From Takakia lepidozioides (lineage: Eukaryota > Plantae > Bryophyta), in assembly GCA_030704615.1 (NCBI GenBank), contig CM060732.1:69502001-69566000 (forward strand): 64,000 nucleotides of DNA, in the 5' to 3' direction. Below are positions 1-11,835 of the stretch, piece by piece (the stretch's first letter is position 1; every line of letters starts with the position of its first letter). A model generated the notes under the pieces. The model did no database searches. It was not told the origin of the DNA and saw nothing but the letters and a program-made list of their open reading frames with translations. Position numbers and translations under genes: made by a program.

Positions 1-227
1 TTTCGGGTATAACTTCCATCCCCTTCACCGCCCTCCATTCTCAGAGTGATCGCAGTAGCGTTGGCCTTCAAGTTCGAGTTGCCATAATTGGCTTTCAGGG
101 ACGTCTTCACTGCGATTAGAATGTCAGATGAACTGTCTGCACCACGATGTCCGTTGCTCGCTGGTTCCAGACCAATCGACGTTCCTCCCGATTTGCATTC
201 TTTAGCCAAGTTCTCGGACTCGTCCAT
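1..227 (-). CDS. SABATH-family methyltransferase, copy 1: 5' part of exon 1 only, continues beyond the window
   Basis: Matches 21395-21621 (offset 21394), the start of the SABATH gene (MDESENLAKE...MEGGEGDGSYTR). Confidence 0.85.
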   Translation of the reverse strand, partial: MDESENLAKECKSGGTSIGLEPASNGHRGADSSSDILIAVKTSLKANYGNSNLKANATAITLRMEGGEGDGSYTR

Positions 228-1053
228 CAGCTGAACTGCTACTTTCGGAGACAATGTAACAACTCTTGTAAGACTAGTGTAGGACTGCAGAGAGAAGAGA
301 TCAAGGTAAGCTCTAGATAGATGTTAGGTGATAATCCTCTGGCCAGCGTACGAGTGAACTGTAGTGAAAAGGTGACTACAGATTAAATATACAAAGAAAC
401 TCGCAGCAACAACAGTAGTCACTCTCGAAGAAATTGTGAATTCACAAGGTCAGCAAGCGCAATCTGTCGATCGCACGCATGGAGCCTGTAGATGACTGCC
501 ATGTTCAATATAAGGTGGAACTGGGGATAAGATGCGGAAGAAGGGTGCAGAAGGTTCGGTGGGGATGGATGCAGGGCTGGAGAAGCCATGGACCACTGCA
601 CGTGCTTTGCATCCACCATCTCGGGCATGTGTATTGGTAAGAGTGCCGGCAGGAATCTTGGGCTGGTTCCTGCATTGGAGACCCAGCAAGGTGAGCTGCG
701 TGTTTGGTGTGTGGTCTACAAAGGGTAAAGCCGCCATCTTCTCCATCCTGTGTATATCCTTGACATGTTCCGCCCTGCTGGGCACCCCACAAGAGGCTGG
801 GCGCCACGTTCTTACTTTGGGAGAGCAGGGCCTACAGATTACGAAAAGGGCTCGCTATGATAACGTGGCCCCGGGATAGATTCCAGTATCCCAAGGTTAG
901 ATTCTTAAATTATTCTATGGCCCTTGATAAAGATTCCGTGGCCTTTGGGTGAAGGTGTCCTAGGGGCCTATGGTATGTGAGGAATCTTTCATGCCTATAC
1001 TAGAATCTTATAAAGATTTTGTGTCCTAAGGTCAGGCTCCTTGCATATTTATG

Positions 1054-3569
1054 CCTCTCATTTTCCAATAATTGGGATGCTATGGCGTACGCGGACCGGT
1101 GGGCCCTGCGCACGGACGCCCGGCTTCCACCGCACGGTCGCCCACCTGCTGCCGCGGCCCACCAGCCGCGCCCGCGCTCCGCCGCGCCCCTAGTCCGCCC
1201 GCCAGTCCGCTGCCCGTGAGTCCAGTTCCCCTAAGTCTGCCAAACCGCCAGTTTGCTCTACACGCCAGTCCGCTGTACCCGTCTGCTGCCCCCAGTCTGC
1301 CAGTCTGCCAGTCTGCCAGTCCGCGCCGGCCGAAGGATCTGGATCGTCCATTCTGAGAAACCTATTCGCGCCATCCATGTTTAGGGCATGGAAGATCGTA
1401 ACACCCCGCCACGAACTCGCCCACTCGTTCTTGTTGTCTCGTTCTTGCGGCTCTTTGTTGTCCAATGTTGCGGAGGTGACTTTGCACACATGCGGCTGTT
1501 GTTCTTGTTTATGGTGATTTTAATGACGATAAAGGGTGTGCCTGAACATGAGAGGGCTGGCGGGGCTCTACAGCCACCATCGTGCATATGCTTCCACTAT
1601 TTTCGCCTTCGTTTTGTGCTGACGTGCTTATTTTTTAGGATGATATGTGGAAAAATTGCATGCGTTTACGGTTTGTGGTGTGTCTCCGAGTTCGAGCTCC
1701 TTCGTATGGAGTAGGAAACCATTGGTAACACGATAGCGGAAATCGCGGAAGCATATGCACGTGGGGGCGTGTATACATTGCAGAATTTATGTCCACCGAT
1801 GAGACTGTTCAAGGGAGGACGTCTCTGCCACCACATGTCTGGGAACTGCAGAGAGTGTGAACGGAACAGATCCAGTCCAAAGGTCCTCAAACATCTAGAT
1901 GCACCTCCTGAAACATCACATCTCAACCACTACCATCTCTTTGAAAACTGGACAATGGCAAAGGAGACGTAGCCTGAGAGATGTGGATTCACGTTGCTTG
2001 TGGATGTTCGAGGTCCTTACGACTGCAAATGCGCGTGGATCAACAGGCTCTTCGATTGCGTCTTTGTCAGTACTTTCTCTAAGCAATGTGTTGTGCCATG
2101 AGTATGGGCATATGCAAGTCTGCTGGACGGATGAAATGCAACCATGACATGACGGCGACGCCAAGCGTGGTTCTGATGGGATATCAGTCTAGTCTGCTGG
2201 ACTGTTGGTCTGTAAGGATACAAGTCTGGTGTGGCGTGAATCTGTTTTTCACTGGACTACTGGGCCGTCACTGCCTGCCGAATTCCGAAGTGTCTTCTCT
2301 CGTCTTATCCCCGAAGTCTCTTATCTCGTCAGTGTGTTGAACCGTTGGTCAGTTGGAAGTCCGTCTCTTCGGATATGAGTCCGTTTAACTACTACCTTTT
2401 AATTATCCGCATTGTCGTGAGTCTGCTGAGCCGTCGGACTGCTGGTCTGTCCGTCTCTTCTGATATCAGTCAGCTGGACTGTCACAAAGTCAGTCTACTG
2501 TGGCGCAAGTCTGTTTGCGCTGGGTCTGTTGAGCCGTGATTATTATCACGTGTAAGTCTGCTGGACGCGGTTTACGGTTTACTCCCGTATCATCCGGCGC
2601 CTAGGGGATACTTTGTCTTTTGGGATATTAGTCTGTTAGACACCAGTCTGTTGTCGCGCAAATTACTCTGCGCTAGTCTCTTCGTCAGTCTGTTGAACCT
2701 TCCATCTGCTGGACTGTCCGTGCAGTGGCATACGAGTCTGTTGTTGCGCAAGTTTGTTTGCAGTGGGTCTGTTCGGCCGTTATGTCATTAGGTTTAAGTC
2801 TGCTGGACGCAATAAATGCAGCGACGGCGGTAAGGAGACCCAGTCACGTCGCGGCACGTCATCAGACTCCGCACCAGACTCCACACTCGCCTTAGTCTCT
2901 TCGTCAGTCCGCTTAACCTCAGTCGTCAGTATGTCATTGCGGTGGCATGTGAGTCTGTTGTGGAGGGTACTGGGTCTGCTCGGCCGTCTTTGTCATCAGG
3001 AGTAAGTCTGTTGGACTTGATGAATGCGACGACGGCAGACTGACGATAATCCCACTCATCCCGTCTGCTGGACTGTCCGTGTAGTGGCATACCGCCAGCA
3101 CGTGTGGGGGGTCTGTAACTATTTAATGCGATGGCGGCCAAAAAGGGGCGTCAGTGAAATCTCGCCATGTCACTCCACACATGCAGGGTCCACTTCCCGC
3201 TGGACTTCTTTCGCACTGTTTCGTTTAGGGCCCGTCCACCTCCCATTGGTGCGAGCCCGCTTTCCTTTGTGCGTGTTAGGTTTTCGAGGCGCAGACAGTC
3301 GCGTGAGCACCGAATCGTCGCAACAACCGTCGCTTGTTGCCCGATGAGTTTTCCTCTTTGTGCTTTGTGCTTTGGTTTCTTTCCATTCTCTTTTCCGCTC
3401 TTCTCTGCTTTCTTATTCTTAACCTGTCTGTCGCTCATTGCCGCTGCATCTCTTGTCTGATTCTGCAGCCATGTAGGATGCTTGTGCATTTCATGCACAA
3501 GTCCAGGCTAAAGGAGCGAAGGTACTGGTACTCACCTGAGGAGTATGATGCGAAAATAGTCGAAGCATT
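1054..3569 (+). mobile_element. Left TIR and 5' part of a Mutator-like element (copy 1, truncated)
   Basis: 1054-1379 is the reverse complement of 42252-42627 and matches 22459-22767; the internal sequence matches the full element at 22.4-42.7 kb. Confidence 0.8.
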
Positions 3570-4349
3570 CACTACAACAGATGAGCGTTTTTATAACTGC
3601 ACATATGACTATTTTTTCAATCCTATATGCGTTCATGACTACATCACTCTATAGTGAAAAAAACCCTATCATAGCGACTAGTCTTTAGGACTGCATTTTG
3701 CAAGTCATAGCCGTGACTGCGTGCGTGGCACCTAGAGTCATGCATAAGAGAGTGATGTAGTTACAACTCTATGACTTACATACGACTAACTATATGACTA
3801 CATTGTCTGATGAGCGTTGCCTACATGGAGAGGCTTTAGAGGAACACGTGCACCACTGCACAAGCGACACGTCACGACACCTGTTGCATTTCAGATGTGA
3901 CATGTGGCACTTAGACATAATATATGACTAGCATATATGGCAGGGTTTATGCCACGTGTCATCAAGAATGGCTCTGAAAATAATTTAATAGTTATATTTG
4001 TAATTTTAAATTCTTAAATTTATATTTTATTTTTGAAAACAAGGGATAGCAGCTTGGAATTTTTTATTAAATGGTATTAATGTTTAATTTAATAATTTTA
4101 TATAAAATAAAAATATATTAAATAATTTAAATTCTTCATTATATGGTGAAATTCTGATATAAAAACAGAATGGACCCCTCTTGCATACTAGCAACCACAA
4201 GGACATTCAAAATAGACAAGTACAGGGAAATACACGCCCTGTAAATTATATTACAAAAATCCAAATGAGACCAATGTCCCAATGGACACCTCAAAGGCCA
4301 CAAGGTCCAAAAATCCATGCCTGAAAAGGTCTAGTAAGCAAAAAATAAG
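3570..4349 (+). mobile_element. Non-autonomous CACTA element B, left arm
   Basis: Starts CACTACAACAGATGAGCGTTTTTA directly after ATT (3567-3569); subterminal ATGACTA/TAGTCAT repeats; the paralogous empty site reads GC-ATT-CTTAG at 24976-24985. Confidence 0.9.
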
Positions 4350-7300
4350 CAACTGATACCACGGCGGTGTCGTCTCTTTCTGAGGCATCACGTCGTCAGG
4401 TGTTGGGGCAAGGAATGGATCTCAATTGCTTGACCTGGATTATCAGCTTGGCTATGGCTGAGCAACGCAGAGTGCGGAGTACATTTCCCTCGTTGGTCTC
4501 TCTGCCTACCGAGACGGTACAGGCAGTGAGTGGGGGCGAGCATGTGAGGACCACGGGGTGCATGCATCCATGGCACACGTGGGAGGTGCTCGAGGTTCAG
4601 AGGGAGATGGCAGCTAAGGCGGCTGTGATGGATGAGGTTGGGGATTCTTCTCGGGTTGAGGAGGTCCTCAAGGATGAGATGATGGGGCAAGATGAGGCCT
4701 TGTCATTGACTGAGCAGGCAGGGAGTACTGCTCAAGAGGTTGCGGCATAGCAACCACTGGACGCGTCCTCTACCTCTAAGCCCACTGGACTTAAGGTTGC
4801 AGTTACGGAGGACAATTGGGAGCCTGACATTGGACCCATTGTCACCGGAGGAGAGAGACGACATATACGGTGGTTCCTGAGGGCTTACAGGAATTGCTTT
4901 GCCTTCAGTTTGAAGGACTTGGGAGCACTGAAGGGTCAAGAGATCCGTATTGAGTTGGCCACTGACACGCCAATCTTTCGGAGACCCTATAGATACAGTG
5001 ACATGGAGAGGTCTTTGATTCAGATGAGGACTCAAGATCTCTGGGAGGCAGGTTTGGTGGAGCTCTCTGGTGGAGAGTATGCTTCAGCCACAGTGATGCC
5101 AGCCAAGAAGGATGTCTATGGCAATTGGACGGAGAGACGTATGTGCGGTGATTACCGGCCTGTAAATCGTCAGACCAAGTCCGATAAGTATGCCATGCCA
5201 ACACCAGAGGAGATCTTTGATGCCATCGGGCTTGCTAAGGTCTTTAGCACTTTGGATTTACGATCCGGATATCACCAGTTGCCAATCAAGGAGGCGGACA
5301 AGCAGAAGACGACATTCTGGGGGATCAATGAGCACGGCAAGGATTGCCTATATCAGTGGCGGTTCTTACCATTTGGGCTTAAGAATGCTCCTGCAGAGTT
5401 TCAGAGAGTCATGGATAGGATTCTAGCAGGGGTGGACTTTGCTCGGTGCTACATAGATGACATCATCATCTTTATTGTTACGATGGAGGAGCATGAGAGA
5501 CACCTTCAGGTGGTATTGGAGCACTTGAGAGCGCACGGATTGAAGTTGCATCCGGGGAAGTGCAAGTTTTTTCACAACCAGATTGAGTATCTGGGTCACA
5601 TGATATATCCTGGAGGATTGGGGGTACAGCAGACTAAGGTAGAGGCCATTGCACAAATTCCACGCCCCACGGATGTAAGCCGAGTTTGAGCTTTCATGGG
5701 GTTGGCAAACTATTATAGACGGTTTGTCAAGGGATTTAGTACCATTGCAAAGGCTCTAACCAAGCTGACCAAGGTGGACCAGGAGTGGCAGTGGGAAGAT
5801 GAGCAAGAACGAGCTTTTCAAGAGCTCAAGGCGAGGTTGACCTCGGCGCCTATCCTGAGACGACCTATCAGGGGTCAGCTGCATACGGATTGGAGCATGC
5901 TGGGGCTTGGAGCAGTGCTCACACAGGTGGATGATGAGGGAAGAGAGTTCGTAGTGGCTTATGCTAGCCGCTCGAACAACGATGCAGAGGCTAAGTACAG
6001 CTCATATGAGGGAGAGTGCTTAGCTGTAGTGTGGGCCGTGGCACACTTCAGGTGCTATCTATACGGCAATCTTTTCACCCTTGTCACGGATCACTAGCCA
6101 CTCAAGTGGTTGATGGAGTCATACAAGCTTACGGGGAAGCTTGCACGGTGGGCACTCATACTCCAGGAGTATGACTTTCAGGTTGTGCATCGACCGGGTT
6201 TGGTCAATCGGGATGCGGATGGATTGAGTCGCAATCCATGCATGAGCCAGCAGGATGACACTGGAGCTCGGTGGCATGGTGAGACGGATGAGGAGATGGT
6301 GCCGGGATGGCACGCATCTGCATTTTTGTGTATCTTGGCATCGGGAGGTCAGGTTGGACCTACTATAGGGATGACTGTAGACGGAGTGTCTGAGGACCCT
6401 AAGGCTAGTGATGAGCCAGGTGGTGCCAGAGATATACATGAGGATTCGGCTGTGTTGGACTACCTCCGCACGGGAGACACGACAGCCACTGTGACTGCCA
6501 GGGAGAGGGATCGGATCCTGCAACGAGCCAAGAAGTTCAAGTGGGAGGGGATACACCTACTTCGAGTGTGGGAGGATGGTTGGGTGAGGATTGTGCCTCA
6601 CCCCACACAGCATGCACGGTTAGTGCGGCATGCCCATGAGGAGTTGGGGCATTTTGGAGTGCGACGCACTCACAGTTTACTGCAAGGGCAGTATTGGTGG
6701 CGTGGTATGCATACAAAGATGCAACAGTTCGTGGCTAGGTGCATGGTGTATGACAAGGTGCGTGCTTCATTCAACACCCCTACACCACAGTTGCATCCTT
6801 TACCAATCATGGGATTGGGCTACAAGTGGAGTCTTGACTTCGCATGACCGTTGCCACTGACTATGCGCCACCACAGATATGTGTTGGTGATGGTGGAGCA
6901 CTTCTCCAAGTGGATTGAGTTGGTTCCATTGCCTGACAAGGCTAGTGAGGGGGTTGCGTATGCATTCTTGGATCGCTTGCTTAGCCGATTTGGTGCTCCA
7001 GCTGAGGTACTCACAGACCAAGGGAGAGAATTCTTGGGGGAGTTTCAGGCTTTGTGTGATAAAGCCTTGATAGACCACCGCACCACTTCTCGGGATCATC
7101 CTGAGGCCGATGGCTTAGCAGAGAGAGTTGTTCAGACGGTGAAGAGGGGTTTGCGCAAGTATGGCTTGCAAAAGGGACACCTAGGAGATTGGGATCTTCA
7201 GGTTCCTTGGTTAGCCATGGGCTACAGGTTCAGCAAACAAGCATCACTTGCCTCCTTCTCACCATATTTCCTTCAAGAGCTTCTAAGAGCCAGATTTGCC

Positions 7301-7877
7301 TGCAGCCATTCGTAGGGACACTGCTCAAGTCCTTAATCTTGACGATCCGGACGTGTGGGTACATGCATGTGATCAGTGTGCAGAGTTGTTCAAGAAAGTC
7401 ATGCCCATGGCTTTTGAGAACCTTGCCATTGCACAGCACCGTGATACGTTGAGGTATGCCACTATACGTGGTGGAGAATATCGTCCTGGGGTTCGGAGGT
7501 TTAGCCCTGGTGACTATGTTTATTTGCAGCAGACTGCTCCTACGACTCTGGATGTTACTGCAAGGCGTGTTATTCTGAGGGTTCGAGAGGTGTTTCCCTC
7601 AGGGGTCTTGATCTTGGAGGGTCGGGATGGCATGACTTGGAAGGACCATGTGCGTAATTGTGCGCCATGTCACCTTCCCAATGTCGATGGCAGAGTTGAC
7701 CCAAACTTGGTAGTGGTACCTGCAGGTTTGAGGTGCATGCTCTGCGGGTCTGCCAAAGGGGCAGCCACCATGCTGGTGTGTGATCGATGCTCAAGGGGTT
7801 GGCATATGGGATGTCTGACACCACCTCTTGAGAAGGTTCCTGACGGAGATTGGTTGTGTCCACACTGCTTGGGATAG
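4350..7877 (+). pseudogene. Ty3/gypsy polyprotein, 3' half: DNMT C-terminal tail, RT, RNase H, integrase, PHD finger
   Basis: One frame from 4352 to ~7275 with point stops at 4748, 5687, 6095 and 6845, then a frameshift. Motifs: RMCGDYRPVN, LDLRSGYHQ, PFGLKNAP, YIDD (RT); TDWS..E..TDH (RNase H); HEELGH zinc site, LDF/TDQG/AER (DDE integrase). The RT-RH-IN order identifies Ty3/gypsy. Confidence 0.95.
7734..7868 (+). other. PHD finger (C4HC3) at the integrase C-terminus
   Basis: CMLC...MLVCDRC..GWHMGC......P.GDWLCPHC fits the PHD consensus, including the Trp two residues before the final CxxC. Confidence 0.92.
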
Positions 7878-8123
7878 TGGCAGTGGACATGACTGGAGGC
7901 AGCTAACAAGACATGGGAGGCCAAGCTCATAGGAGTCAATACATGAGATCTCAAACTCAAGTTCACAGGTTGCAAGACGGCGACTAACGATGGGGTAACT
8001 CTTGCACCCGGCCTCTTGATCTATCGAGTTTGAGTGTAGTAGGGATAATGGTGGAGGACTTAGTAAGGCTATGGTCACTATCACATCTTGTGGCTACCTG
8101 GACTTAGAGGGACCTAAGCACCA

Positions 8124-8417
8124 GCTAGGGGGGCGATTGTGTGGACTAGTGACTACCATAGTAGGCAGCATAGTGGCAGCCTAGTGACTGACTAGTTGTA
8201 GCCTAGTGGTTGGACTAGTGACTGGACTAGTGGTGGATTGTGTGGACTAGTGACTGCCATAGTGGGCAGCATAGTGGCAGCCTAGTGACTGACTAGTTGT
8301 AACCTAGTGGTTGGACTAGTGACTGGACTAGTGGTGGACTAGTGGTATACTAGTGTGTGGTGTGGTTTTGGACAGCGATGTAGTTGTGTAGTGATATGTA
8401 TGCGCACGACATATATT
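8124..8417 (+). repeat. Polypurine tract and truncated 3' LTR of the gypsy element
   Basis: AGCTAGGGGGGCGAT followed by TG at 8138; internal GACTAGTG-rich duplication of ~120 bp; no second copy in the window. Confidence 0.6.
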
Positions 8418-8908
8418 TCAACGACACCTTAATTTGGCTGGTCTTTGGGTGTGCTATTTGGGGTGAATGGCGTCTACAAATTGCTCGGACCATATAACTT
8501 ATGATTCGTTGTCATGTCCTTCTTCCATATGACCAGAAATCCATGCTGGGTAAATGCCAGGTCTTTTGCTTGCAAAGTAGGGGTTGGATTCATTTGCAAG
8601 TTTTCCAAAAAATATATATTTATATATTATTTATTTATTTATTTTATTTTTCCCCGAATGTGCGAGATTAATGTGTCGTCAACGATGCCTTAATCTGGCT
8701 GGTCTTTTGGTGTGCTATTTGGGGTGAATGGCATCTATAAATTACTGGTTTATGATACGTTATCATGTCCTTCTTCCAGATGACCAAAAATCTATGCTGG
8801 TAAATGCCAGGTCTTTTGTTGCAAAGCAAGGGTTGGGTTCATTTGCAAGTTTTCAAAAAATAATAATAAATTATTATTATTATTATTATTATTATTTTAT
8901 TTCCTCGA
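8418..8908 (+). repeat. Tandem array (~2 units) of a ~250 bp hairpin-containing repeat
   Basis: The unit TCAACGACACCTTAAT...TGTCATGTCCTTCTTCC...GCAAGTTTTCCAA-(AT-rich) starts at 8418 and again at ~8679; also present at 14951-15325 and, inverted, at 18791-19026. Confidence 0.9.
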
Positions 8909-9407
8909 AGTACTGATGGTCTGCGTCTGCTACGTAGACCGTCTCCCTGGCACAGCCCGTGACACTTCCCGACTGCCTCGGGGACGAGTCTGCTGTTGAG
9001 ATTTCGCCCTCGTCTCCCGAGCAGACCTTGCAGCCTTTTCTCTTTCCTTCTTCTGGGCCCCATCACTAAGTTTCATTTTTCTGGGAGCCACAGGCGATGG
9101 CGATGTCAGGTCATGCACATCTTGCATTGAGACATCCGAACCCACCCCACACTGTGCGCGCACCTCCGCCAAAGTGCGGGCCTTTGGGTTTGCGCCACGG
9201 AGTCTAGCGGTGGCCACTATTGTGTTGATACAGGTTGCAAAAACAAGCGCTATATCCCACCTGGCTTCAAGCCGTGGCCAGTTCAAAGTTCAATGAGGGC
9301 GGTTTAGCTGCACTTTGTCCTTGATAATTTCACTACAGAAGGGACAGTGGAGCTTATCCTTCTGCTAGTTGGAGTCTGCAGGCTTGATTGTGCGGAGGTC
9401 TAAGAAT
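8909..9407 (-). mobile_element. Inverted fragment of the Mutator-like element's large gene
   Basis: Reverse complement of 24978-25476; ORF 8930..9286(-) matches the N-terminus of 25099..25776(+). Confidence 0.92.
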
Positions 9408-11835
9408 CACTACAAGAGATGAGCGTTTTTAGGACTACGGCTTTGGCGGAGTCATAAAAACTGCACTAGGTAGATGACTACAGAGCGTTGAAATGCATTG
9501 CAGTCATAGTTTTATGACTTTGTAGTAATGGATATCACTACATGACTCCGAAAAGTTAGGGAGCATTGGTCAAACATTGTTGACCATGATGACAGGGATG
9601 GTTTATATGACTAGTGTGATATGTTTGACTACACGTGGACGACGTTTCATGGAATCTTATGACTCCATGACTGAAGATGGTTTCACAGCTCTATTTATAC
9701 GACTACATCACTACACGTGTCATTTTGAAGGCACATATAATGCAAATAAGGTTGCCCATTAGGTTTAAAAAAATTAAAAAATTGCTAATAAGGTTGTCCA
9801 TTAGGGTAATCGTGAACAGAAAGGAGGGCTGGGACTTGGCGTTTTTTTGTCTCCTACGCCACACCACATAGCCGAGGGATGGAACGCGATGATAGCAGGA
9901 TATGCAGGGGCGTGGGATGGAGGCGTTGAGCAAATGATGCACGAAGGAGAAGAGGAGGAGGAGACGAGACAAGGAGAAGCGAGCTCGCCGTTCTTGGGAG
10001 AGTCAGCTTGGTCTTAGCATGCGTGTTTCAATCTCTGACTACTCAGCTACGCCGTAGTGGTTCGATCTCACAGACCAATCCGACATTACCTGACTACAGA
10101 CACAAGCAGCACACACAAGAGGTCCTTTTAGGTTGATGGTCGGTCAAATCCTCCATGGGTCAGGACAGGTCAAGGACGATGTGGTAGGGTACCTTCTTCT
10201 CCAACCTATTTCAGCCTGTGTTGCCCTCTCATCAGACTCGGCCGCAAGATGCATATTGAATTCTGTAAGTTAGGTCGTTGGGTAGATCTGTGGTGGTTTG
10301 GAGTGACTTTGGCAAGTTACTGCCAGTGTGGCAACATGGAAGTATCCAAAAATATATAATAGAGGTGAGGAGAAGCTTTGGGGTGAACACTTTCCGACCC
10401 CAGTCAATGGTGGGACAATAGAGACAAAAAAACGAATGCCTGTTGGACTACAGAGAGAAGCAGATGCATTTCAGATTGTGATAAGTAGGGTTGGGGTGTT
10501 TTGGGGAAGAACTCCACACCAAGTATGGTTGGGGTGTTTGCTGGTAGAATTCTAGGCTGTCAGAGGCATGGATAGCTGAAGGAGCAGGGATAGAGCGTGG
10601 GTCCAGATTCATCCAAGAGGGCTGGATTTCAAGCTCCACATTACCTATGATTCCCTGTGGAAGGATAGCTACAAGAAACCTACATGGGTAGATGGTCAAC
10701 TGGAAGCGGCAACAGCAGCGGCACAATTGATAAGGTCAGGCACTTCTACTGAAGGCACCTCCTTCAACACATTTCACCCTGTTTTTCCCTCTTATCCGTT
10801 TCTTGCGAGCTGTCTTCTCTTATCTGTTTGTCTGCCCAGTCTTCAGTGAATGCGTCAAGGCTTTGTGTTTTGGCTTCTTCCTCGCTTTTGTCACCCTCTC
10901 CCATGAATATCTCTGGTTGGCGCTCAAACCCTGCTGAGCTGTAGATGTTGTCCATGCCAATGCATTCTTCTTCACCAAATCCATGTTTTTGCCCTAAATC
11001 CTTGATGTCTTGGCTGGATTTCTGCAGAATAGGCATCCCATCCCCTATTTTGGCCCCGTGTCAACATGTTGATGTGGGGTGTTGTTGTAGTCTTATTGGA
11101 GTGTGATCACTTATATGGTATATCTCGTCCAACTCATCCAGTGCCTCCAGCTCATTATGAGTGAACTGACATGATACTTGTGTTGTTGGTTGCATCATGT
11201 ACTCCGTGCTTGGCAATGGGTAAGCTTCTCCTCCTTCCACGTACTCATTGATCACTGTAAAAGGTACTCCATACATCTTCCCTTGAGGTCCTGCCCCTTT
11301 TTTTGCTCCTGTGATTGGTTCAGTTTTGCTGAAAGTTTGCCAAGACCCATGTTGGGTTAGTATGTGACGACTGTATCTCATGTTATTACAGATTTTAGAC
11401 AATGTTCTTTGTTTGGGCCTTCTAATGCCTTGTCTGATGGACTCAGGTTTGTCAAAATCAACTTGTATCCACTCTGCTTCCATGTTGTTGCTGTCAGCAG
11501 CTTGTTCTTTTGCCAGCTGAACCCCGACAGGGCCTGGGTCTTCCCTTCTGCCCGCATCAGAGCATTTCGCAATGTCTGTAGTTGCTTCATCCTTCCTCAA
11601 CTCCGCCCTCTCTTTGGCAGGTTGCGCACCTTCACCACCTTTGTTGTTTTTTTATTTGCACATGGTATCTGCTGCTTGCGTATCCTCATTGTAATATTGA
11701 ATATGCCCTGTAGGCATTGGCCTTACAAAGCCATTGTGCTCACTCTGGGTTTGGGTCATAGAATTTGGTTGTCATTGTCAGCTGCTAGCAGCAAGGCGAG
11801 GATGTATGCATGATTTGTGCAGGGGCATGGATAGC
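9408..11835 (-). mobile_element. CACTA element B, right arm with captured cargo (inverted)
   Basis: CACTACAAGAGATGAGCGTTTTTA at 9408 is preceded by AAT, the reverse complement of the ATT TSD; subterminal ATGACT repeats; no transposase motifs seen. Confidence 0.88.

Larger units (their letters stand above)
1..3569 (+). repeat. Local tandem duplication, copy 1 (paralogous to 21395-24980)
   Basis: Colinear near-identity; ORF-track translations recur (419..628 = 21813..22022; 1899..2147 ~ 23287..23535; 3024..3347 ~ 24412..24735). Confidence 0.95.

Noticed and set aside
419-879. Overlapping 69-115 aa ORFs upstream of SABATH
   Set aside because: No recognisable motifs; their recurrence at 21.8 kb only reflects the duplication.
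8418-8908. Repeat arrays as the gypsy element's LTRs
   Set aside because: They are inverted relative to each other in coding sense and lack shared TG..CA ends; a separate PPT+TG start exists at 8124-8139.
9331-9342. CACTACAGAA as another CACTA terminus
   Set aside because: It is part of the MULE gene sequence, also present uninterrupted at ~25045-25054; no partner TIR or TSD.
10764-11600. CACTA transposase (TnpA/TnpD)
   Set aside because: No recognisable transposase motifs; treated as unassigned cargo.
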